Positions 20,674-27,366 of a DNA stretch of 32,000 nucleotides are shown here, piece by piece (position 1 is the stretch's first letter; every line of letters begins with the position of its first letter). The position numbers were made by a program, and so were the translations under genes. The notes under the pieces were generated by a model. The model worked only from the letters and a program-made list of their open reading frames with translations, searched no databases and was not told where the DNA came from. The stretch covers positions 2,640,001 through 2,672,000 of the forward strand of contig NZ_CP195536.1 in NCBI RefSeq assembly GCF_051307035.1. Direction: 5' to 3'. The DNA comes from Psychrobacter sp. DM4 (lineage in GTDB: Bacteria > Pseudomonadota > Gammaproteobacteria > Pseudomonadales > Moraxellaceae).

Positions 20674-21582
20674 TTATGCTTGCAACTGCGCTACCAACCA
20701 GTCAATAAGCGCCCAAACAAACAGCATCCATACTGGCTCATCGCTCGGTAGCTGCGACTCTTCTATATCTTCACCTGCTTTTAGAGGTAGTGCCATAGCT
20801 TGTGATTTGACTTGATAATCGAGCATAGGTAGGACATCAATACCCGTCTGTATCGCCAGCTCATCAATACTAATGATATCGATGCGCTCTGACTCATCAT
20901 TTGGCGCATAATAGACGCCCGCTTGATTGATAGCAGGAATGTATACGGCTTTGAAAAAATGACTAGGTACTAACACTTGTCCACCCAGTTGCTTGGCTGT
21001 CTTATCAGTAAAAGCAACACCTGTAAGCGTATATACTTCGCCATATTGCTGAGTGAGATAACGCGTGGCTGACTCAACATTGCGCCAAATATAGCGATTA
21101 TTACGCGGTGACTGCGGGGCAATATTGGCAAGACTAAAGCTGTCATACTGCTGAGAGCGCGTTGCCATATCAGCATTGGGCGCTAGATGTCCGCGATCAT
21201 AACCCGACCCTGAGTAGTCATCGAGAGAGGCGCGAGCAGATTTGGGCAGACGACTCTCTTCGTGAAAGCTATCTTCGCGGTCAATCTCTTTGGCTTGATT
21301 TAGACGATCACGCGTCAAATACTCAGCTGACCATAACGGTGTACGTGAAACACCAGAGTACATAACCGCAAATCCATCCATACAGAGGGGCTGCGTTTTT
21401 TGACTGAGCCTGTTATTGATAAATTCAGGATAGATGCCACCGTAAAATGACCCACTACACGCTGATAAGTCCTCTGCATAAACGACGCTTATACTCGTGA
21501 TAAGACTGATTAGCATCACTACTATACGACTTTTGACATTACTTTTCTGCTTAATGACGCCTGTCACTTGCCTATCAACCAT
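20674..21582 (-). CDS. Secreted DNA/RNA non-specific endonuclease (Serratia NucA / EndoG family, beta-beta-alpha-Me)
   Basis: 302 aa with an N-terminal signal peptide (...SISVVYA/ED), the catalytic DRGH motif (GYDRGHLAPNADM) and the downstream Asn region (LANIAPQSPRNN). It ends in an unusual hydrophobic C-terminal tail (VWMLFVWALIDWLVAQLQA). Confidence 0.88.
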   Translation of the reverse strand: MVDRQVTGVIKQKSNVKSRIVVMLISLITSISVVYAEDLSACSGSFYGGIYPEFINNRLSQKTQPLCMDGFAVMYSGVSRTPLWSAEYLTRDRLNQAKEIDREDSFHEESRLPKSARASLDDYSGSGYDRGHLAPNADMATRSQQYDSFSLANIAPQSPRNNRYIWRNVESATRYLTQQYGEVYTLTGVAFTDKTAKQLGGQVLVPSHFFKAVYIPAINQAGVYYAPNDESERIDIISIDELAIQTGIDVLPMLDYQVKSQAMALPLKAGEDIEESQLPSDEPVWMLFVWALIDWLVAQLQA

Positions 21583-21696
21583 CTCTAAACCTCTAGTCGT
21601 AACCTTTAACCTTAGGCTATCCTAGCAGGCAGACGATAATAAAGAAAGATAAGCGCCCAAAACCTTGGTGTAAAACATAAAGGCAGTTATTTGTCA

Positions 21697-21725
21697 GTGA
21701 CATTCAGGCGCGCGTCCGCTATAAT
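21697..21725 (+). promoter_or_regulatory. Sigma-70 promoter candidate for tRNA-Ser
   Basis: -35 GTGACA (21697-21702), a 17-bp GC-rich spacer and a perfect -10 TATAAT (21720-21725). It lies about 70 nt upstream of the tRNA 5' end. Confidence 0.6.
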
Positions 21726-21793
21726 GAGCCGTCTGAAATAAGCTGTCGATTTATTTATCAAAATAAACGGTCTACTTTTAGCGTATTAATAAT

Positions 21794-21884
21794 GGTGACG
21801 TGGGTGAGTGGCTGAAACCGCACGCCTGGAAAGTGTGTATACGTTCATAGCGTATCGAGAGTTCGAATCTCTCCGTCACCGCCA
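21794..21884 (+). tRNA. tRNA-Ser (anticodon GGA), type II with long variable arm, CCA encoded
   Basis: Folded by hand. The acceptor stem is GGTGACG/CGTCACC. The anticodon stem is CACGC/GTGTG with loop CTGGAAA, giving anticodon GGA. The long variable arm is ATACG...CGTAT and the T arm is GAGAG-TTCGAAT-CTCTC. The discriminator is G, followed by CCA. Confidence 0.93.
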
Positions 21885-21939
21885 TTTATTTTCTGCCAAA
21901 AACTCCTGTTTTACACCACCCTCTATAAATACCCTTTTA

Positions 21940-22395
21940 TCATAAAGCCGACTTTACAGCGGTTGTCTCATCATGTCTGTGCGTTACAGAGCTTGGCGGT
22001 ACAGAATAAGTGCCGACAACATGGGCGACCATATCATCAGAGCCTTCTGAATATAAAGATACTTCGCCAACTATCAGTGTGCGCCCTACTTTCATCAATG
22101 TACAGTCAGCGATAATGCGTGCCTGCGAGGATGGTCTGCGCAAAAAATTAATACTAAGGCTCGTCGTCACGGTTAGCGGTACAATACCAATTCTACCCAG
22201 TATCGCAATATAAATGGCGACATCAGCGATGCTCATCATCACAGGACCAGAGACAGTACCTCCAGGACGCAACTCGTTTGTTCCTATTTCACGCGATAGT
22301 ATCGCGCCATTCTCATAGACTCGTTCAACCTTGTACCCAACTTGAGGGAACTCTTGTGCCATAAAGGCGATGATCTCTTCTTTGCTAGCGGACAT
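21940..22395 (-). CDS. PaaI/4HBT-family hotdog-fold thioesterase
   Basis: 151 aa. The region LRPGGTVSGPVMMSIADVA...TTSLSINFLRP...GRTLIVGEVSLY is typical of PaaI-type thioesterases. AAGGAG precedes the ATG. Confidence 0.8.
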   Translation of the reverse strand: MSASKEEIIAFMAQEFPQVGYKVERVYENGAILSREIGTNELRPGGTVSGPVMMSIADVAIYIAILGRIGIVPLTVTTSLSINFLRRPSSQARIIADCTLMKVGRTLIVGEVSLYSEGSDDMVAHVVGTYSVPPSSVTHRHDETTAVKSAL

Positions 22396-22768
22396 ACGTG
22401 CTCCTTGTTTGATTATGCTTGTTGTAAGCTATTCCTTATGATTAAGGACAGTCTGCTCATCAATGTATTGCTGTTCATCGTGTTGCTATTAGTGATATAA
22501 ATACAGCTTTGCCATACTCTCTAGCCTATGCTTTCGATCTGTGTAAGTTGACATCACTTGCGTTAATAAGCACCAAATATGATACTGACCTTACTATTTA
22601 TAAGTTTTTAAGCATACCCTCTCATCAACGCTAGCCAAGTATGCCTCAATCTGGACGACCACTATTATTTTTTGTACGATAAGATTGAATTTGCGCCTAT
22701 GCAAACTTTGAAATAACAAGCAAGATACCGACTAAATACAAGAATTAATATTTGAGATATATACAGAC

Positions 22769-23398
22769 ATGAGACTATCCAGCTACGACATGCTACAAGG
22801 ATATATGCGAGAGACGCCCTCAAACTCGCTTATACGATTGATATATATCAGTGGCATCAATACGGTTGATGACTCTGTGTTCAAGCATATACAAAGTCAT
22901 TCTGAATCCTTTAACAAGAATAATAACATTGCAGGGTTTTTGTGCAATAACAACGAGAGCTTTTTGCAATGTTTAGAGGGGACAAAGGAGGTTGTCTCTT
23001 CTCTTATGCAAAGAATCTTCAAAGATGCTAATCATAAAGATGTGGGCGTCGTTTTTGCCAAAAAGGTGAGCCGTTATAGCTTTACAGATTGGCGTATGCA
23101 CAGTCTCAATCTTGGAGATAGTAACTGGGAGAAGTTCTCAAATCATACCAAGCTCAGTGATATCTCACCGTTTAAACCTGAACACTGGCCCTCTTGGTTC
23201 GTTGAGCATTTCATCGACTCTATAAAAAGGCTTAATTCTTCTGATCTCAATCAAGACTACATTACCTTTGATACTTTAGGGTATTCTAACGTCGAAAAAA
23301 CGCTGGCTCGTGACAATATTTTATTTTATATATTTCTAGGTTTACTGATTTGCTCTAGTGCGGCAGCTTTACTATTTAAGTATGATGTGATCTCTTGA
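22769..23398 (+). CDS. BLUF-domain (blue-light sensing, FAD) protein with a C-terminal transmembrane anchor
   Basis: BLUF signature residues appear in order: LIYIS (Tyr), NNIAGFLC, FLQCLEG (Gln), D.NHKD and F.DWRMH (Trp/Met). The C-terminus has a 20-residue hydrophobic helix, ILFYIFLGLLICSSAAALLF, flanked by RDN and KYD. The start could also be Met8 or Met13 (22805). Confidence 0.85.
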   Translation: MRLSSYDMLQGYMRETPSNSLIRLIYISGINTVDDSVFKHIQSHSESFNKNNNIAGFLCNNNESFLQCLEGTKEVVSSLMQRIFKDANHKDVGVVFAKKVSRYSFTDWRMHSLNLGDSNWEKFSNHTKLSDISPFKPEHWPSWFVEHFIDSIKRLNSSDLNQDYITFDTLGYSNVEKTLARDNILFYIFLGLLICSSAAALLFKYDVIS

Positions 23399-23402
23399 TA
23401 CT

Positions 23403-23424
23403 GGTGACGAGCGTTACCGCTTTT
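23403..23424 (+). terminator. Intrinsic terminator of the BLUF gene
   Basis: Stem GGTGAC / GTTACC (one G.U pair) with loop GAGC, followed by GCTTTTG. It starts 5 nt after the stop codon. Confidence 0.55.
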
Positions 23425-23556
23425 GTGGGCTTGCAAGTTACCCCAACTCATACCACACAAAAAGCAAAAGCTTAAAAAAAGTAGCCTCGATATCTGGATG
23501 CTTTTAGAGGTGGGAGATATGCAAGTTATAGGACGGTATTCTTTAAGACTGTGACC

Positions 23557-23737
23557 GCGCCTTCACTCAAGCGTAGCTTTCGTCTTGCACTCGGGCAGAG
23601 CAGTGCTCTACTTAATCCTCTCTCACCCTCGGCCAGAGCAGATTTCGTCTTGCACTTGAACAGAATAGTGTTTTGTTTAACCTTCGCTCATCCTCAGCAA
23701 AAACATACTCTCTTTAAGTCTCGCCCATCCTTGGCAA
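23557..23737 (-). repeat. Diverged tandem modules (~65-bp period) carrying a conserved 17-nt hairpin; two good copies and two degenerate copies
   Basis: TTTCGTCTTGCACT occurs at 23578 and 23643. The 17-mers TCGCTCATCCTCAGCAA (23684-23700) and TCGCCCATCCTTGGCAA (23721-23737) differ by a compensatory stem change. Weaker copies lie at about 23619-23635 and 23557-23574. The strand is assigned from G.U pairs that form only in minus-strand RNA. Confidence 0.75.
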
Positions 23738-23793
23738 AAAGCAGCTTGCGTAGGCTAGGTTTTAACACAGCTTACATAAAACTCTACTTATGG

Positions 23794-23849
23794 CTTAGTG
23801 CTTATTTCTTAGTGCTTATTTCTTAGTGCTTAGTGCTTAGTGCTTAGTC
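23794..23849. repeat. Heptanucleotide tandem repeat, 8 units (CTTAGTG/CTTATTT)
   Basis: Read directly: CTTAGTG CTTATTT CTTAGTG CTTATTT CTTAGTG CTTAGTG CTTAGTG CTTAGTC. A degenerate ninth unit, CTTATGG, lies at 23787-23793. Confidence 0.95.
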
Positions 23850-24163
23850 ATAACGAATATTCAAACTCTCACCTATGTTGCTATAGCTCTAATCTTTAGA
23901 ACACATGCCAGCGGTTATAAATTTATGAAGAGTTAAATATTCTCAGTCTATTAGCTACGAGCAGTAGTCGTGCTTTACAGGGTTAAAATCGATGTAGTCA
24001 TCGTGCTAGTGGGCATTGTTATATCTTAACGCGCCAGAGCAAACTTATTATTGTGGTGAGGTAATACTAATGAGATCGAGGAGAATTGGCTAATGTCATT
24101 AGCCAAAAATTCGATTATAGTGAGTAGCAATACTAATCACTTACTATTACGAGGGAATATGCT

Positions 24164-24865
24164 ATGAAGACATTGAAACTATGCCTAGGACTGAGCCTAA
24201 TCACGGGATTGAGCGCTTGCGTCAGTATCACCAATAATGAGGTCGCACTAGGCGGCGGTCCAGTCATCACAGAGTATCCTGTTGAGACCGCTTTACTCAA
24301 TATCTATACCCAGCCGCGCACTGAGACGCTCACTGAGGTTGATAGTGTCCAAAGTAGGACCGTCAATACCAAAGTGACGCCCAAAGGTGTCATAAGTTTT
24401 GAGGGTAAGCGTGTACAAGGTGCTGAGTTCGAAAGCGTCACTACAGTAGAGGGCAATGTAATCAGTCGTTCTACCAGTATCAATTACTTTAGCCTAAATC
24501 CTGCGCGCTTTTATGGCTATACCGACAGCTCAGGCGAGTATTCGGTAGCGACCCAAACCGCAGATATCCCCAAAGTCGCGCGCGTTGGTGATTCGGGTGC
24601 ATTGCTTACCGAAAACGTCTATAGTGATAGCAGTAAACGCAGTCAGATCAGCCGTTATCAGCAATCATGGTCGCTGACACAGGCCAGCCCAGCGACGGCT
24701 TGGTTCTGTATCAGTACGTCACAGAATCTGTTGTCTAACGTGTCAGATGGCAGCACGGTTGAGTGCTATAACATCAACGCTAAAGGCGATATATTGAATA
24801 GTAAGGCAACAGCCTCTATCCCTACAGCTAACGGTATCGAAACGGTCACTTATACGAGTCGCTAG
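24164..24865 (+). CDS. Lipoprotein of unknown function
   Basis: 233 aa with a lipobox signal peptide MKTLKLCLGLSLITGLSA-C. The mature part is Ser/Thr/Val-rich and probably all-beta, with two further Cys residues. GAGGGA precedes the ATG. I recognise no family. Confidence 0.75.
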   Translation: MKTLKLCLGLSLITGLSACVSITNNEVALGGGPVITEYPVETALLNIYTQPRTETLTEVDSVQSRTVNTKVTPKGVISFEGKRVQGAEFESVTTVEGNVISRSTSINYFSLNPARFYGYTDSSGEYSVATQTADIPKVARVGDSGALLTENVYSDSSKRSQISRYQQSWSLTQASPATAWFCISTSQNLLSNVSDGSTVECYNINAKGDILNSKATASIPTANGIETVTYTSR

Positions 24866-24922
24866 TTTGTATATTCTACATAGAACCCGTCTGTCAGACG
24901 AGCTCTATGTAGATGACCATTT

Positions 24923-25759
24923 ATGCTTTTGAACCTATTCTTTTTATTCTCAAGTCCTATGTCTATGCTCACCTCCTTTATTGCGGTTATTCGTACTGTT
25001 TCGGTCGTCACAGGTCTCATTATTATCGTTGATTGTGTGGCGCTAATGCTCGTAGGCAAAATCAATTTTGGTACGGTCTTGCCGTTTTTGATCGGCGTGG
25101 TCTTTGTCGCTCACGGTATATGGTGGCATGCTATTCGCCGATTCATCACGCGTCAACGCGGGTTGAGCCGTATCTGGTATGCGCTATGGATCACATTTGG
25201 GCTTTGGCTCATGAGCTTCGGTGTATTTATCGGCTCTTTGCAGCAGCAAATTAAGCTTAGCCAGCAGCCGCTACCAGAGGTCGCCGCCATTATCATATTG
25301 GGATCAGGAACAGTCGATGGTAAGCCTACGCCGACACTCGCCAGCCGTTTGGATGCTGCCGTCCCAATTATCGAGGCGCAGCCAAATGCGATCGTTATTA
25401 CTAGCGGCGGGGTCGGTTTTGGGCGTAGTCGTAGCGAGGCGAATATTATGGCGACCTACTTAAGCGAGGCTCATAGCATCGCATTTGATCGCATCGTGCA
25501 AGAAGGCAAAAGCACGAGTACCGAGGAGAACTTGAGTCTTAGTCAGGCACTATTAGCCGCGCAGGGCGTCTCTATCACAGAGCCTATCACTATCGTCACC
25601 AGCGACTTTCATACTGTTCGCGCTGCCAGCATTGCTCGTCATCAGGGTTATACGCAGCCGATGACGGTTGCCAGTATGACGCCACTCTCTATTCGCTACA
25701 ACGCTTGGTTCCGCGAGTATTTTGCTTTTGTCAGTGGTTGGCTGTTGGGTGAGTATTGA
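24923..25759 (+). CDS. DUF218 (ElyC/YdcF/SanA-like) membrane protein
   Basis: 278 aa with N-terminal TM helices followed by a DUF218 core (IIILGSG...LASRLD...IVITSGG...SEANIMATYL...EGKSTSTEENL...IVTSDFHTVRA). Confidence 0.8.
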   Translation: MLLNLFFLFSSPMSMLTSFIAVIRTVSVVTGLIIIVDCVALMLVGKINFGTVLPFLIGVVFVAHGIWWHAIRRFITRQRGLSRIWYALWITFGLWLMSFGVFIGSLQQQIKLSQQPLPEVAAIIILGSGTVDGKPTPTLASRLDAAVPIIEAQPNAIVITSGGVGFGRSRSEANIMATYLSEAHSIAFDRIVQEGKSTSTEENLSLSQALLAAQGVSITEPITIVTSDFHTVRAASIARHQGYTQPMTVASMTPLSIRYNAWFREYFAFVSGWLLGEY

Positions 25760-25897
25760 GCCTGAATCTGTCTCTTATTAAAAATAAGGCGATCCACTAG
25801 AGACGCGTATAGCACTATAAATAATGGGCTTAACCGCTATCGGAATGCCTGAATCTGAGGTGAGTTATACTAGACTTTAAATAAAAAGGACGCCTCT

Positions 25898-27343
25898 ATG
25901 TTGCTAGATGTGCTACTCACGCTACACTTTATACTGCTAGTGATTATCTCGTTGCGGGTACTGGCCCGGCATGATCTGACAGCGCCTGCCCGCTTATCTT
26001 GGATCGTTGTGCTATTTATATTGCCGTACATTGGTGTCGTGATCTATTGGCTGTTCGGTGAGATTCATCTAAGTCGCAAATTTACCCAAGATTATGAGCG
26101 CATCAAAAACGATCTGTATCGCAATAATCCCGAGGTGCTTGGTTGCGATAAGACGATGCGCGAAGCTATCGACCCTCACTATCAAGCGCCGTTTGCCTAC
26201 TCTGCCAATGCTACAGGGTTTCATACGACTATCGGTAATCGCGCTGAGCTAATGAGCGATGCAGCTGAGACCAGCCGGCGCATGATCGCAGACTTCGATA
26301 CGGCAACCGACCAGATCCATGTGCTGTACTATATTTGGCTGATAGATGGGATGGGTATTGATACCGCTCAAGCACTCATTCGCGCGGCTCGGCGCGGGGT
26401 CACTTGTAGAGCGATGGTCGATGGAATGGGCTCACGTAAGATGGTACGCTCCAAAATTTGGCAAGAGATGATTGATGCAGGCGTAGAGGTCAGCGTAGCG
26501 CTGCCAATTAGCAATATCATACAGGTGATGCTATTTAGCCGTATTGACTTGCGTAATCATCGCAAGATTACCGTTATCGATGGCAAGATTGGCTATAGCG
26601 GTAGTCGCAACTGCGCTGATCCTGAGTTTCGAGTTAAGCCGAAGTACGCGCCGTGGGTCGATATTATGCTACGGCTTGAGGGCCCTATCGTCGCGCAAAA
26701 CCAGATGCTATTTGCCAGTGACTGGCTGATGAAGAATCCTGATACGCCGCTTGATAGCTTTACTTATTTTACTGAGCCAAAAGACAACTCTAAAGCGCTT
26801 GCCGCACAAGTCTTCGCTGACGGACCGACGCAGCGCCGCGGCACAACCCCGCAGTTTTTGACCACGCTTATCGGTCAAGCCAGACATACCTTAATGATAT
26901 CGACGCCCTATTTTGTCCCCGATTATTCTTTGGTCAGTAGCCTGTGCGCGGCGGCTTATCGCGGCGTTGATGTGACGATGATATTCCCTAAGAACAATGA
27001 CTCTTTTATCGTTGCCGCGACGTCCCGCAGCTATTATTGGGAGTTATTGGATGCTGGTGTCAAAATCTATGAATATAAACCTAGCTTGTTACATGCCAAG
27101 ACTTTGACGGTTGATGGTGAAATCAGTTTGATTGGCTCGACCAATTTAGATCTGCGTAGTTTTGATTTGAACTACGAGAACAATGTCATTTTTAGTGACA
27201 AGGCTTTGAGCGCTGATATTATTGAGCGTCAATACCAGTATCTTGCAGACTCCGAAGAGGTGACTCACGTACAGGTCGAAAACTGGTCTTTGTTCTATAG
27301 AATTTGGAACAATATCGTAGCGACTATGGGACCTGTCCTATAG
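25898..27343 (+). CDS. clsA: Cardiolipin synthase (phospholipase D superfamily)
   Basis: 481 aa with two N-terminal TM helices and two HKD motifs (HRKITVIDGKIGYSGSRN and HAKTLTVDGEISLIGSTN). Confidence 0.93.
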   Translation: MLLDVLLTLHFILLVIISLRVLARHDLTAPARLSWIVVLFILPYIGVVIYWLFGEIHLSRKFTQDYERIKNDLYRNNPEVLGCDKTMREAIDPHYQAPFAYSANATGFHTTIGNRAELMSDAAETSRRMIADFDTATDQIHVLYYIWLIDGMGIDTAQALIRAARRGVTCRAMVDGMGSRKMVRSKIWQEMIDAGVEVSVALPISNIIQVMLFSRIDLRNHRKITVIDGKIGYSGSRNCADPEFRVKPKYAPWVDIMLRLEGPIVAQNQMLFASDWLMKNPDTPLDSFTYFTEPKDNSKALAAQVFADGPTQRRGTTPQFLTTLIGQARHTLMISTPYFVPDYSLVSSLCAAAYRGVDVTMIFPKNNDSFIVAATSRSYYWELLDAGVKIYEYKPSLLHAKTLTVDGEISLIGSTNLDLRSFDLNYENNVIFSDKALSADIIERQYQYLADSEEVTHVQVENWSLFYRIWNNIVATMGPVL

Positions 27344-27366
27344 CGAATTACTTGCTAGCAAAATTA

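Noticed and set aside
21728-21737. An exact 10-mer GCCGTCTGAA, identical to the Neisseria DNA uptake sequence (DUS), in the tRNA-Ser leader.
   Set aside because: It occurs only once in 32 kb, with a chance expectation of about 0.06 for both strands. Uptake sequences work through genome-wide over-representation, typically about one per kb. The gene content is not neisserial, so I treat it as coincidence.
22423-22448. GacA/UvrY-box-like sequence TGTAAG-CTATTC-CTTATG (10 of 12 specified positions of TGTAAG-N6-CTTACA), overlapping a TCCTTA-tgat-TAAGGA hairpin upstream of the thioesterase gene.
   Set aside because: It is 1.3 kb away from the candidate sRNA and on the wrong side of it. The sequence downstream of it carries only two GGA motifs. 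TGTAAG is not rare in this AT-rich region and occurs also at about 22552 and 23771 (minus strand). This is insufficient to call a Gac-regulated promoter.
23551-23826. 91-aa ORF (GTG-initiated; shown as MTAPSLKRSFRLALGQ... in the track) in the large intergenic gap.
   Set aside because: It runs through 65-bp-period repeats (not a multiple of 3) and the heptamer tract. It has no RBS, and its composition is biased toward Leu, Ser and Arg, as expected for a read-through of non-coding repeats.
23557-23849. The possibility that the repeats form a CRISPR array.
   Set aside because: The repeat units are strongly diverged rather than near-identical. There are no unique spacers of regular length and no cas genes in the window. 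The heptamers are simple tandem repeats.
21794-25800. tRNA-Ser as the integration site of a genomic island covering the thioesterase, BLUF, lipoprotein and DUF218 genes.
   Set aside because: There is no integrase, recombinase or mobility gene. I could not find a direct repeat of the tRNA 3' end (…GAGAGTTCGAATCTCTCCGTCACCGCCA) downstream, only a 7-nt GGTGACG match at 23403. The region is AT-rich and accessory-looking, but there is no positive evidence of an integrated element.
27344-27366. 10-bp palindrome TTGCTAGCAA between convergent cls and rlmA, considered as a shared terminator.
   Set aside because: The palindrome has no loop-forming spacer and no flanking T-tracts, so it cannot be supported as an intrinsic terminator.
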